This document shows, piece by piece, positions 1-9,880 of a stretch of 64,000 nucleotides of DNA. The notes under the pieces are model-generated. The model ran no database searches and was not told where the DNA came from. It was given only the letters and a program-made list of their open reading frames with translations. This DNA is from Patescibacteria group bacterium (lineage in GTDB: Bacteria > Patescibacteriota > Minisyncoccia > Moranbacterales > UBA2206), in NCBI GenBank assembly GCA_022711335.1, contig JAKLFF010000001.1, positions 259,016 through 323,015 on the forward strand, in the 5' to 3' direction. The position numbers and the translations under genes are program-made. Within the stretch, counting starts at the first letter, position 1. Each line of letters starts with the position of its first letter.

Positions 1-1374
1 TTCTGACCATCAGATATTTCAAAACGTTTTCTCTGATTTCCTTGGCATTTTCCTTGACTGTTTTTATATATTCAGCGTAGTCTCTCTGGCGATCAAGGTT
101 TTTCAGTTTTCTTTCCAGACTGCCAAAAAATTGCTCCAAGTCCGGCAGATTGGGAATCGTGCTTTTTCTGGCTTTTTGAAACAGTTTAATTTGGCTAAGT
201 ATGTCTTTCGGCGTATTATTATAAGGGGTTGCGGTTACCAGAATTATTTTCTTGCCCCGGCAGACTTCAGCTAGCTTTTCATAAGTCATATTACTTTCCG
301 TCCTGAATCGATGGGCTTCATCAATAATAATGTTGCTGTATTTTTCTGTTCCGTTTTTCACCAAGCTGTCCAGCTTCCCGATGGATTCGTAATCGGCCGG
401 AACCCGAAAGTCGGAAAACACATTCGGCCAAGAACCGGGATTAGATTTTTCCAAAAGAACTGGTGGAGCAATAACCAGTGTCCTGCCTTCAAGTTGTCCT
501 GCCAGCATTGCGGAAATGTATGTCTTTCCAAGTCCCACCACGTCAGAAACAAAAACTCCCCCATATTCCTCCAAAATTTTCTTAGCGTTGAGAACCGCTT
601 GTTCTTGGTATTCCAGTTTTTTGAATTCTGTCGGAATATATTTCAAAAACATTTCATCGTGCTGGCTCAAATCTTCCTTGAAATACTCGTATAAAAACTT
701 CAAGTATAGTTCGTGAGGAGTAATCGTATCGTTCAGCCAAGTTTTGGTTCTGATAGTTTCAACGTATTTTTCACTGACATCCACAGCGTCATTCCAAAGC
801 TCATTGAATTTATCCAAAGCAAAATCATAATCAGCCCTGTTTTTCAGCTCCACGTTAAATTCCATATTGTCTACCAGTCCTGATTGGGTAAAATTGCTTG
901 ATCCGGTGATTACCCGTCCCTTGTCTCTGTCCTCATCATTGAAAGACATAATATAAACCTTGGCGTGGATTTTCTCTGAAGGATAAGCTCTGATTTCCAG
1001 CTTTCCGTCTTTTATCCATTCAATGAATTTGGAAATGCCTTCTTCTGTTTTCTCGCTATCTCTTGCTTCTTCCATCTCCTTTTCAATAGATGCTTCCATT
1101 TTTTCTTTAGCTTCCGCACTGGAAAATTGCAAAGCGGACTGCTTTTTAGCGTCCGCTTTTTGCATCATATCAAAAGTTTGCTTATTGGTGCTGATTCCAA
1201 TGATGATCCTGATTTTTTCGGTTTTCTCCAGTGATTTGTAAATAGCGTGAAAACCGCTGGCATAAAAATACCCAACCAGACAATCAAAGAATTTGGTATC
1301 TTTAATCAGGACTTCGAATCTTTGCTTTAAACTTTGCCCTTTTTCATTTGTAATAAATGTTAAATCAGTCATAT
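1..1374 (-). CDS. PLD (HKD) nuclease domain fused to SNF2/DEAH-type SF2 helicase; N-terminal ~458 aa only, C-terminus lies beyond window start
   Basis: Manual minus-strand translation from ATG at 1374: MTDLTFITNEKGQSLKQRFEVL... contains HKD motif (HAKVYIM...GSSNFT), then helicase motif I (GLGKTY) and motif II (IIIDEAHRF), TATPYNN motif III-like. Not in ORF track because it runs off the window edge. Confidence 0.6.
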
Positions 1375-1556
1375 TTTATATTTTCTTTTAGTACGAATAA
1401 TATCTTTATTTTACTCCCAAACGACCGTAAAGTAAAGGAAATCAGCCCTTATTCGTCCAAATTTCGCCCACACGGGCGACTTTGGCGCCGAAGGGGTATG
1501 AATGCCCGAAACCGGGCTTTCGGTGCCACAGCTTTTGATTTTATCGCAAACAGCCT

Positions 1557-3524
1557 TTATCGGTATTCTTCCAAAAATTCCAGCATTTCTTTCTGCTCGG
1601 TGAGTGCTTCTTCGGCTGATTTTTCCACTGAAGCGAGCATGGCTTCGAAAGCCGTTTTATCTTTAACGCTGGCAATTTTCCTCAAGTGCCTTCCGGCCTT
1701 CTTTACGTGAAAAATCGATTTGCCACATACTTCTTGGATCACTTCGTGCCAAAATATTTTCTGTAATTCCTTTGTTTCTTTTTTCAGATCCGATTCCTTT
1801 TTGTTTTTGTGCCGCCCCGAATACTTCTTCAACACCGACACCACGGCCGGACTCAACTGTCCATTTTTCAGATCCGCTTCCCAATCGTGCGCGTCATCAT
1901 TCAATTGTCTCGCGATAATGTAATTTTCAAAAAATGCCATCAAGTTTTTCATCTCGGGGAATTCGATTTTTTCGGTATGAATATAAAGCACGGCCGCCGG
2001 TCCCAGAGCGTAACCGATCGAACGATCGGCCAGTCTTTCCATATTCCCGTAATCGGGTAATCGCTCTGGAATCATCAGGCGCGAGCCGGATACTCTTGTC
2101 CGGCATTTGCTCGTCTCCCAGGCGTTGGCGGCGTCTATTCTGTCCATCGTATTTCTGAATAATTCTTGGAATTTTTTGTCCTTGGAAAAAATATCGTCGT
2201 ATATCGAAGTCAGTTCCCGCAGGCATACGTTGGCTGCGGAAAGAAATTTCGGATCGCCTTCGCCATCCAGAAAATCGTCGTAAATCGTATATGCCGCCAG
2301 ACCGTAAAAACCGGCCGCACATAAATCGACAATCACTTTTTCATCGATTGATTTTGCCGCTCTCAGTGACTTGTAAAAATAATACGGCAGAAGCGTTATC
2401 CGGCTCGCTCCGCTACCCTTCGATATCTTTTCTTTTATGTCTGAAAAAGTTTCCACCGTCTCGGAATCAAAGCGAAAGAATCTCCGCTCGGTGATGCTGA
2501 TTGTTTCCGTGTAAATCCTTTCTGCTTCTTTATCTGCCGCCTTTTCTTTTCCGTTCACGATCGACTTGGCTTCATCTGAAAACTTGCTTATCGCCTCCAG
2601 ACAAAAAGCTGTCGTAAGTTCCGCACTGCCGGAATAATATTTTTGCTTCCCTTTTATTTTTTCAACCACGAATGGATACGCCACCCATTTCCCATTGACG
2701 CGGTTTTTGAGGATGGACGCGATACTTTCCTCCACAATTTCCTTCTTGCAGTCAAGGTTGATAAGAGCGCTCACTGCCAGCGCCGTTTCCAGCGGATTGC
2801 CCCAGGAATGATTTTTGAGCTTCTTCTTCAGTAAATATGAAATGATCTTGTTTTTCTTCCTTCCCTTGTACCAGCGGGAAATAAAATAGATAACGGCATA
2901 CGGAGAGTGATAATAGGGCGAATCGTACTTTCCCGAAATTATCGCCTTTTCTGCAAGAGAGACCAGACTCGGCAATGTCACTTCCTGGAGCGAAAGAAAA
3001 AAAGCGATGTTACTGTTCACGGCGAGGTCGATATCTTTCCAACCTTTGTCCGCGTCAGGCGGAGTGATCCAGGTGTAATACGGTCCGCCTTCTTTACTTT
3101 CGCAATACGCCAAAAGATTGACGACATTTGCTATGGCTTTGACCGGAATGGCCTTGGGGCTATTTTTAATCAATGCCGCCATCGCACAGCATGTATCGTC
3201 CAAGTCGTCGGGGTATGGCGTAGCTTTACTGTCGGATGAATTTCTTTTCCAATAATTCCATGACCAAAAGTCGCTTTTTTGACCCAGCAGAAATTTTGCG
3301 GCTTTGCTTTTTATTCTTTCCAGCTCCTTCGACTCGGGAAGACTATCGAGACTTGATAAAATCAAGCACGTAGGAAAAACGGATTGGTTCTTTTTGGCGC
3401 GATCAAAACTTTTTGAATCCGTAACAAAACCGGGAAAACTTCCGTCTTCCCTTTGGTTTTTGGCTAAGCAACCAATGCCTGATTTTATCGCTTTGTCTGT
3501 TTCATTGTGGATTATTCGGTTCAT
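1557..3524 (-). CDS. Two-domain terpenoid-synthase-like protein: N-terminal alpha/alpha-toroid (prenyltransferase/squalene-cyclase-like repeat, DDLDDTC motif, QxxDGSF-type QW repeats) + C-terminal isoprenoid-synthase-fold domain with two DDxxD motifs (IYDDFLDGEGD; LNDDAHDWEAD)
   Basis: 655-aa ORF. DxDDT(C/A) resembles class II terpene cyclase catalytic motif; C-terminal half shows FARM/SARM-like DDxxD pair ~130 aa apart preceded by hydrophobic residues (TIYDDFLD, ARQLNDDAHD), as in trans-IPPS / squalene-phytoene synthase fold. Motif-level recognition only. Confidence 0.4.
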   Translation of the reverse strand: MNRIIHNETDKAIKSGIGCLAKNQREDGSFPGFVTDSKSFDRAKKNQSVFPTCLILSSLDSLPESKELERIKSKAAKFLLGQKSDFWSWNYWKRNSSDSKATPYPDDLDDTCCAMAALIKNSPKAIPVKAIANVVNLLAYCESKEGGPYYTWITPPDADKGWKDIDLAVNSNIAFFLSLQEVTLPSLVSLAEKAIISGKYDSPYYHSPYAVIYFISRWYKGRKKNKIISYLLKKKLKNHSWGNPLETALAVSALINLDCKKEIVEESIASILKNRVNGKWVAYPFVVEKIKGKQKYYSGSAELTTAFCLEAISKFSDEAKSIVNGKEKAADKEAERIYTETISITERRFFRFDSETVETFSDIKEKISKGSGASRITLLPYYFYKSLRAAKSIDEKVIVDLCAAGFYGLAAYTIYDDFLDGEGDPKFLSAANVCLRELTSIYDDIFSKDKKFQELFRNTMDRIDAANAWETSKCRTRVSGSRLMIPERLPDYGNMERLADRSIGYALGPAAVLYIHTEKIEFPEMKNLMAFFENYIIARQLNDDAHDWEADLKNGQLSPAVVSVLKKYSGRHKNKKESDLKKETKELQKIFWHEVIQEVCGKSIFHVKKAGRHLRKIASVKDKTAFEAMLASVEKSAEEALTEQKEMLEFLEEYR

Positions 3525-5004
3525 TTCTTATTGGAAATTCGATTATGAATTTAGTTCCCTGTCCCCATATGCTGTCGACTCTGGTTGTTTCGCCGAAATC
3601 CTCCTCTATCGTATTCTTTACTGTTGTCAACCCGATGCCCGCTCCTTTTTGCGGACCTTTGGTAGTAAAGAACGGATCGAATATTTTACTGCGGATTTCC
3701 TCGGGAATTCCGCCGGCTTTGTCTTCAATGGAAACAATCGCTTTTTCGCCGTGCTTTTCCAGTTTTATCCTTATTTCTTTCTTCTCCGCATCGCTGATTT
3801 CATAAGCATCCATGGCATTGAGAATGATGTTGGTCATCACATGATTGAATCTGACCGCATTGCCGTAAGTGAGGATATCGAAATCACCGCTCAGATTCAT
3901 TTCAACTTTTTCCGTTTTTAGTTTATAAGCGAGTATCTTGGCAACGCTTAATATTTCTTTTTTCACGGAAAACAGCGACTCCGTCTTGTGATTTTGAAAT
4001 TGCTTTTTGGCATCCTCGATATATTCCGCAAGGGCCGATTTGTTTTCATTGGCCTGCTTCAGATATTCTCTGGTCTCGGACAGTTCTTTTTCTCCCGCCT
4101 CGGTCGCCTGCTCTATGTTCAAAAAAAGAAAATTGATATGATTGATCAAATCATGGAAAAGTCCGGATGAGATTTTGCCGAACTCGATAAACCTGGCTGT
4201 CTGGTTTATTTTTTCCATTTGGGATTTTTCCAGCTCTCTTGTTCTTTCTCGGACTCTCACTTCCAACGTATCCCGTTCTTTCTTAAGTTCCGCCTCGGAT
4301 TTTCTGGCGCGCTTCAATGATCTTTCTATCTCGCGATTCGATAGCCATGAAACAACGGCGATAATGGAAAATATTATTGCATGCCCGATAGGGTCGTTCA
4401 TTTGAAACAATTCTTTCTTCCAATAAATCTTGGGCGAAATGATGTGATTCGACTGAAGATAACCCAAGGTGAGAGTTATAGCAAAAATAATAAAATTTAC
4501 TTCAAAAGCGAAACGGGTGCTGATAAGTATTCCCGATATCACTATCAGGAGAGCGAACGTCAGCAATGCCATGGGCAAATCCACGCCCCACACATACACG
4601 GCGTAACTCGCCGCAATCAGATAGCCATAAATAAAAATATAAGAAGCGATAACAAAAAATCCCTTCCTTGAAAGATAGTGCAGGAATACAAAAAAACCGA
4701 ACATTCCCAAGGGCGCCAGAGGAGAAATCGCCCTGTCGTTATGCCTGACCAAAGAATGGTATAAAGAAAAAAGGCTGAATGCGCAAAAGAGAACGCTTGA
4801 TCCCGATACTATAACATTGAAAATGAATTCCCGGCGTTTCAAATCTTCTCCGTTCGATTTCGGTGCTAAAAGTTTTTCATATAAAAAACGAGTAACCATA
4901 ATTAAAAATCTTTGCTTTCCCTCCTCTTTTGGCATATGGTTACTCGTTAAATATCTAAGCGACATCAGTCCACGGATTTGCGACACTGGCCATAGAAACA
5001 ACAA
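3502..5004 (-). CDS. Membrane sensor histidine kinase (multi-TM N-terminal sensor, HisKA H-box HDLINHINFL, HATPase G-box GIGLTTVKN)
   Basis: 500-aa ORF; 5-6 predicted TM helices then coiled coil, H-box and ATPase motifs; overlaps upstream gene by 23 nt and follows response regulator. Confidence 0.85.
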   Translation of the reverse strand: MLFLWPVSQIRGLMSLRYLTSNHMPKEEGKQRFLIMVTRFLYEKLLAPKSNGEDLKRREFIFNVIVSGSSVLFCAFSLFSLYHSLVRHNDRAISPLAPLGMFGFFVFLHYLSRKGFFVIASYIFIYGYLIAASYAVYVWGVDLPMALLTFALLIVISGILISTRFAFEVNFIIFAITLTLGYLQSNHIISPKIYWKKELFQMNDPIGHAIIFSIIAVVSWLSNREIERSLKRARKSEAELKKERDTLEVRVRERTRELEKSQMEKINQTARFIEFGKISSGLFHDLINHINFLFLNIEQATEAGEKELSETREYLKQANENKSALAEYIEDAKKQFQNHKTESLFSVKKEILSVAKILAYKLKTEKVEMNLSGDFDILTYGNAVRFNHVMTNIILNAMDAYEISDAEKKEIRIKLEKHGEKAIVSIEDKAGGIPEEIRSKIFDPFFTTKGPQKGAGIGLTTVKNTIEEDFGETTRVDSIWGQGTKFIIEFPIRNEPNNPQ

Positions 5005-5182
5005 AAGCGCTCAGTGCTACCGCTTTCCTGATTTTTTTGCACATTAGAATTTTTTTTATGATTTTCTTTTTCATTTCTTTTTTCGTTTAGATTTTGATAA
5101 AAAATAATCCCTCGACCTAGAATTATACCCTGCCCGAATTATATCAAAATCAGGTAAAGAAAAAGTAAAGGAATTGTAAAGG

Positions 5183-5854
5183 TTATTCCGGTTCCATTTT
5201 ATATCCCCTGCCGTTGACTGTCTGAATGATACTTGTTTTCCTTCCGCCGTCTATCTTGGCGCGCAGATTCCTGACGTGCGATTTCAAAGTGTGAGAAAAG
5301 GAATCCAGCTCCATATCCCAAACGTGCTCCATGATATCTATTTGCGTCAATGTCCGTCCGGCATTCTTGGCCAAATATTCGAGAAGCATGAATTCTTTTC
5401 GGGTTAGGCTGATATTCTTTTTCCCTCGCGTAACTTCGTGATTATTGACATTGATTACCAGGTCGCCGATCTTTATTACTTCATTGGTCGAAACTTGGGG
5501 ACGACGCAACAATGCTTTTACTCTCGACAAAAGCTCCCGGAAAGAAAAAGGCTTGGTCAGATAATCGTCCGCGCCGTTGTCCAGGAGATCCACTTTGGTC
5601 GTCACATCCGACAGCGCCGAAAGCATTATGATTTTTACCCCTTTCTTTTTCTCTCGGATTTCCTTGCAAACTTCCAGCCCGTTTTTCTTCGGCAACACGT
5701 TATCCAAAACTATCAAATCGTAATCGTTGCAGCGGCCAAGGTACGCGCCTTTCTCTCCGTCCGTTGCCACGTCGACGGCGAAAAGCTCCGTCTCGAGATT
5801 GTTCTTGAGAAAGTCGGAAATCTTCGGATCGTCGTCTATAACTAAAATTCGCAT
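5183..5854 (-). CDS. OmpR-family response regulator (receiver + winged-helix DNA-binding domain)
   Basis: MRILVIDDDPKISDFL...DLIVLDNVLPKKNGLEVCKEIR...DDYLTKPFSFRELLSRV; C-terminal wHTH (RNLRAKIDGG...IQTVNGRGYKM). Confidence 0.9.
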   Translation of the reverse strand: MRILVIDDDPKISDFLKNNLETELFAVDVATDGEKGAYLGRCNDYDLIVLDNVLPKKNGLEVCKEIREKKKGVKIIMLSALSDVTTKVDLLDNGADDYLTKPFSFRELLSRVKALLRRPQVSTNEVIKIGDLVINVNNHEVTRGKKNISLTRKEFMLLEYLAKNAGRTLTQIDIMEHVWDMELDSFSHTLKSHVRNLRAKIDGGRKTSIIQTVNGRGYKMEPE

Positions 5855-5917
5855 GCTTTTGGAATGCTTAATATTTCATCGGACAACTATATTTTACCAT
5901 TTTTAATCCTCTTTGCC

Positions 5918-5971
5918 CATAGAAAAACTACTCAAAGCAAATCTCCGTCGTCGACAAAGATTTGCTTTGAG
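5918..5971 (-). terminator. Rho-independent terminator (14-bp perfect inverted repeat ctcaaagcaaatct/agatttgctttgag with T-run on minus strand) upstream of TCS operon
   Basis: Perfect 14-bp arms, 13-nt loop; on minus strand stem is followed by TAGTTTTTCTAT. Could alternatively be an operator for the RR-HK promoter. Confidence 0.45.
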
Positions 5972-6290
5972 TTTCGATTCCGTTTGATATTCCTGCAAAA
6001 CGGCTGCAAAGAAAGGCGCGCACTCCGAAGAGTATTTTCTTTGTAGCTCGTTCATATCGGAATAAAAATTGCTATGCGATTCTTGATATCATATTTTAGC
6101 GAAGTTAAAAATTATATTTTTCCCGGATGTCCGGTCCCTGTCGACCCCCTCTCGCATTTCTCCCCTCAAATACTCCGAGCAAAGACCTGATTATATTTCC
6201 GAGAATCTTAATCGGCTGAAACAATTATATCTTGAGGAGGGATAAGTTACGGTAAAAATCCGGTAAAGATTCCGTCAATTTTTAAGGGTA

Positions 6291-6506
6291 TCAATAATCG
6301 ATATCTTTCATCTTTTTGAAAAAACCGCGTCGGGTGCGCGACGCCACTTTCCACCAGTTGATTATCCGTCCGTTTTTTATTTCGATCACCACCCGGCCGA
6401 ATCCTTCCTCTTCGACCGATCCTATATCTTTGTCGATTTCCGAAAGAAGCAGGCCGCGCTCCCGCTCTCCGGACATGTTATTTTTTTGTTCATTTGTTTG
6501 GTTCAT
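6291..6506 (-). CDS. YezD-like small protein (DUF2292 family)
   Basis: 71 aa; segment DIGSVEEEGFGRVVIEIKNGRIINWWKVASRTRRGF matches the YGSV..I.VHDGKI..IEKTEK pattern of DUF2292; overlaps terminase gene by 17 nt. Confidence 0.4.
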   Translation of the reverse strand: MNQTNEQKNNMSGERERGLLLSEIDKDIGSVEEEGFGRVVIEIKNGRIINWWKVASRTRRGFFKKMKDIDY

Positions 6507-8052
6507 ATTTCAGTCTTTTTTTGAAAGCGATATACCAATAAATTAGCGCATGCCAGGCGTGGTCCGTGCCGGTCGTTGATTCCCATTCCCGCTTTTCCTG
6601 TCCGTATTGATTCGTTATCGTCCGGGCGTACATCGTCTGGGCGTGATCTATCAGCATGCGAAAAGTTGCGTCGTTCGGCTTCATGGAAAATTTTATTTCT
6701 CCTCGCCGGAGTGAAGAAATGGTATCGTCGATTATCCGGTTCCTGGACGTCAGCACTTTTACCTCCTCTTCGAAAACTTTATTGTCTTCTTCCTTTTCGT
6801 CGTTCCAGCGAATCACTTCCAGCATTTTCGGATCGTCCTTGTAAAAATTAACATAAACGCGATACGGAAACTTACGGGCCAAACGCAGAGCCTCTTCCGT
6901 CCACGGCATGGCATCGATAACGCAAACCCGCACGTCGTAGAAATTGATAAGTTCGGCCATATATTCCCAGCGGGTTTTGTTCGGCCGGTCTTTGATTTTT
7001 CCGATCCAGAATATCCCCTTGACGTTGCCGATCACCACGTGATTCTCGTCTCCGGTATCAGCACCCATGACATTCCAGCCGGATGTCTCGACTTCCTCGT
7101 TCGTAATATTGCGCAAGAACAGACTCTGCGGAATCTTCTGATCGGCAGCGATATATGGCAATCCAAGCACGAAATTATAGAAGTATTGTTGGTCTTCGGC
7201 GTTGGCTTCTTCGGTCAGAAGATCGGCCGCACTGCGCCACGGACATATCATCTGACTTATCCAATACCCGCTTATCGGTTCGCCGGGAAACCGCGCCTCC
7301 CACCGACCATGATCGCACGCCCAGCGGGGAGTGATTTCTTTTCGACATTTTTGGCAGACATAAATCCGGCGTTCGCGATCGACATTCTTCTCCCAATCCA
7401 TATGCTGTTCGTAGCGGCAGTGCGGGCAGTTGAATCGCCAGTGTTTCTGATCGGATTGTCCGAACAACCGGTCGATCCCCACGTCCGGCATGGTCGGAGT
7501 GGAAAAATAATGTTGGCTTCTTATTTTGGAAAAACCCATACGGCTCGTATAATCGCGGATGACTTCAGGTTTGGACTTGTCGAGCTCGTCGTGGATGTTT
7601 CTGTCCGAAGTAAGCATGATGGCTTCTTTTTCCGTGTACGTTCCCTTGAAGAACAGGAACGATTTTCCAATCTGTTTCTGCTCCACCGAATCCACATCTC
7701 TTCCGCTCACGCCCTCCATAACACAGGCATTCACTTTTATGATCCGGTTCACTTTGCTTTTCACGAATTCGGCCACATCGTCCACTGTCGGGAGAGTATA
7801 AATCTGATTGATGCCCCAAAATCTCGCCCCGTGAATCGCCCGCAAAATTTCCATCGTGCTGGCTCCGATCTGCGATCCTTTGCGGATAACCTGAATCGGC
7901 GTGCGGTCGGAATAGATATCCAGCATGAAACGGTGATCGGAAAATTCGATCCGGTCGCCGCTCTCGCTTTTTATTTTATTTTTCTTGATCCAATACAGGA
8001 TGCTACTTTTTTCCTTTTCCTTTTCGTTCATAATAGTCCTTGATGGTTTCAT
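6490..8052 (-). CDS. Phage terminase large subunit, lambda GpA-like family (ATPase Walker A KGSQIGAST + Zn-ribbon CPHC...CQKC)
   Basis: 520 aa; GpA-type Walker A variant (K-x-x-Q-x-G-x-S/T), C4 zinc ribbon typical of GpA-like terminases, C-terminal nuclease region with acidic residues. Confidence 0.65.
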   Translation of the reverse strand: MKPSRTIMNEKEKEKSSILYWIKKNKIKSESGDRIEFSDHRFMLDIYSDRTPIQVIRKGSQIGASTMEILRAIHGARFWGINQIYTLPTVDDVAEFVKSKVNRIIKVNACVMEGVSGRDVDSVEQKQIGKSFLFFKGTYTEKEAIMLTSDRNIHDELDKSKPEVIRDYTSRMGFSKIRSQHYFSTPTMPDVGIDRLFGQSDQKHWRFNCPHCRYEQHMDWEKNVDRERRIYVCQKCRKEITPRWACDHGRWEARFPGEPISGYWISQMICPWRSAADLLTEEANAEDQQYFYNFVLGLPYIAADQKIPQSLFLRNITNEEVETSGWNVMGADTGDENHVVIGNVKGIFWIGKIKDRPNKTRWEYMAELINFYDVRVCVIDAMPWTEEALRLARKFPYRVYVNFYKDDPKMLEVIRWNDEKEEDNKVFEEEVKVLTSRNRIIDDTISSLRRGEIKFSMKPNDATFRMLIDHAQTMYARTITNQYGQEKREWESTTGTDHAWHALIYWYIAFKKRLKYEPNK

Positions 8053-8575
8053 CGATGGCGCGTCCCAATTCTTCCTCTTCCGGAGTCGGCGGTGTCTGCT
8101 CGTCTTCCCTGATACTCAGTTCATGTTTTCCGAGCGACTCTCCCATTTCGGTACGGAACATTTCCCACAATTTCTTGATTTCATCGACCGTCGCCCCTTC
8201 TCCCTTTTTCATCTGTTTTTTGAGAGTCTGAAGCTTTTCCCAGAAAACCTCACCGATGAGAAATACTTTTTTCTGCTTGATTTCCTGCGCCTTCTTCCGG
8301 AGCCCTTCGAGATCCTCTGTGAGTTTCAGATCTTTCCGCTCAACCCAGCGAAATTTCGAAGACCATTCGGCAACGGTTCTCCGGGTCGGCGAAGCACCCA
8401 ACCGCTCTCTAAGCCCGGCCATTTCCGGTGAAGTTTCAGTGAAGCCCCGGTGAAGTCCTTCCCACGTGCGGTGGAGCTTATCGATACTCCCCGATTCGCA
8501 ATACAAAAGCCAAGCGGTGTATTGCTGCTCTGTTTCTTTGGGCATTTTGGAAGTTATGAGAACGGGCTTTTTCAT
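8003..8575 (-). CDS. Putative terminase small subunit / DNA-binding packaging protein
   Basis: 190 aa, immediately upstream of and overlapping TerL by 50 nt; N-terminal HTH-like segment, C-terminal charged coiled coil. Positional inference. Confidence 0.35.
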   Translation of the reverse strand: MKKPVLITSKMPKETEQQYTAWLLYCESGSIDKLHRTWEGLHRGFTETSPEMAGLRERLGASPTRRTVAEWSSKFRWVERKDLKLTEDLEGLRKKAQEIKQKKVFLIGEVFWEKLQTLKKQMKKGEGATVDEIKKLWEMFRTEMGESLGKHELSIREDEQTPPTPEEEELGRAIDETIKDYYERKGKGKK

Positions 8576-8608
8576 AATCGTCCGGAGTCCATAGCGAACC
8601 CCGGTGGT

Positions 8609-9880
8609 TTAGCTTTTTAGCTTCACTTTTTTCCAGCGATTGCGGATAACGTCGCACCAGCGCGGATCAAGCTCCAGAAGATAACAGACCCGTCCCAACT
8701 TATTGGCGGCGAAAAGCGTACTGCCTGATCCGCCGAAAAAATCGACTACGATATTTCCGATTTTACTCGAGTTTTTGACGGCCCGCATGATGAGCCATTC
8801 CGGTTTTTCGGTCGGATGCGCCATTTTGGTAACGGCTTTCCTCGGCATTTCCCAAACATCGCTCTCGTTGTTGTCGCCATAGAAAAAATGCCGCTCTCCT
8901 TTTTTCCAGCCGTACATAATCGGCTGAGCCTTGGTCTTGCTTTTGCTTCTTTTGGCTTTCATGATCTGCTCATACTGTTTTTTGTAATCGCCCCAACCGA
9001 TGGAGAAGGACGGCTTCACCCAAACCAGGGTCGATGAGAATTCAAAGCCGGAATTGAGCATTTCATAGTACCAAAGCGAATAACTGGTATACCCGGTGCA
9101 AACATAAATGACGGCGCCGGGCTTCAAAATTTCATGATAATTGGCGAATACTTTCTCGCTGAAGGATTCGAAATCTTCCTGACTTTGCTGATCTCCCAAA
9201 ATCCTGCCCTGCTCGGTCGGAAATTTACCTTTCTTTTCGTGACTGACATGCGCGACATTATACGGCGGATCGGTAAAAACCATATCGGCTTTTATCGCCC
9301 CCATCAGTTTTTTTACATCTTCGATTTTCGTCGCGTCTCCGCACATAAGGCGATGCTTTCCGAGCTTGTATATCTCGCCGTATTTAGATTCCGGCTTTTT
9401 TATTTCCTCATATTCCTCTTCGACCGTTTTTTCTTCCACGTCCGGTTCGTCGAGCATCTGGCTGTCCAGAAGATTGCTGATCTCCACTTCGTTGAAACCG
9501 GTGACTGTCAGATCGAAATCGGAATGATTCAGCTCCATCATGAGATCGGCCAGTTTCTCGTCGTTCCAATCGCGCCGCTCGGCGATCTTATTCAAAGCCA
9601 AGCTCAATGCTTTCTCTTCTTTCTCGTCCAAATTTACCGAATCGATATTTTCTTTCGGTATCGTTTCCCAGCCCATCTCTTTCAAAACCATAACGGTCAT
9701 ATTTCCGCCGACGATGAAATTCTCGCGACCTTTATGCGTGTTGACCGTTACCAATCCGCGAAGTCCGAATCTCTCGATCGATCGTTTCAGAGCGTCGATA
9801 TCTCCTTGCTTTATTTCCCGCGGATTATATGACGGATATTTGAGTTCCGAAATTTTTATCGCTTTTTCATTTTTACCCAT
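8609..9880 (-). CDS. ParB-like nuclease domain fused to beta-class DNA N6-adenine/N4-cytosine methyltransferase (phage-type ParB-MTase)
   Basis: N-terminal ParB/Srx fold (SELKYPSYNPREI...GLRGLVTV); motif IV VFTDPPYNV precedes motif I VVDFFGGSGSTLFAANKLGR (beta permutation). Confidence 0.85.
   Translation of the reverse strand: MGKNEKAIKISELKYPSYNPREIKQGDIDALKRSIERFGLRGLVTVNTHKGRENFIVGGNMTVMVLKEMGWETIPKENIDSVNLDEKEEKALSLALNKIAERRDWNDEKLADLMMELNHSDFDLTVTGFNEVEISNLLDSQMLDEPDVEEKTVEEEYEEIKKPESKYGEIYKLGKHRLMCGDATKIEDVKKLMGAIKADMVFTDPPYNVAHVSHEKKGKFPTEQGRILGDQQSQEDFESFSEKVFANYHEILKPGAVIYVCTGYTSYSLWYYEMLNSGFEFSSTLVWVKPSFSIGWGDYKKQYEQIMKAKRSKSKTKAQPIMYGWKKGERHFFYGDNNESDVWEMPRKAVTKMAHPTEKPEWLIMRAVKNSSKIGNIVVDFFGGSGSTLFAANKLGRVCYLLELDPRWCDVIRNRWKKVKLKS

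Noticed and set aside
311-716. Plus-strand ORFs 311..694, 358..564(-), 516..716, 1023..1241
   Set aside because: Antisense or alternative-frame shadows of the minus-strand PLD-helicase gene whose translation carries clear HKD and helicase motifs.
7039-8043. 334-aa plus-strand ORF
   Set aside because: Lies entirely antisense to the terminase large-subunit gene; composition typical of a shadow ORF, no motifs.
9134-9832. 232-aa plus-strand ORF
   Set aside because: Antisense to ParB-MTase gene, which has unambiguous MTase motifs.
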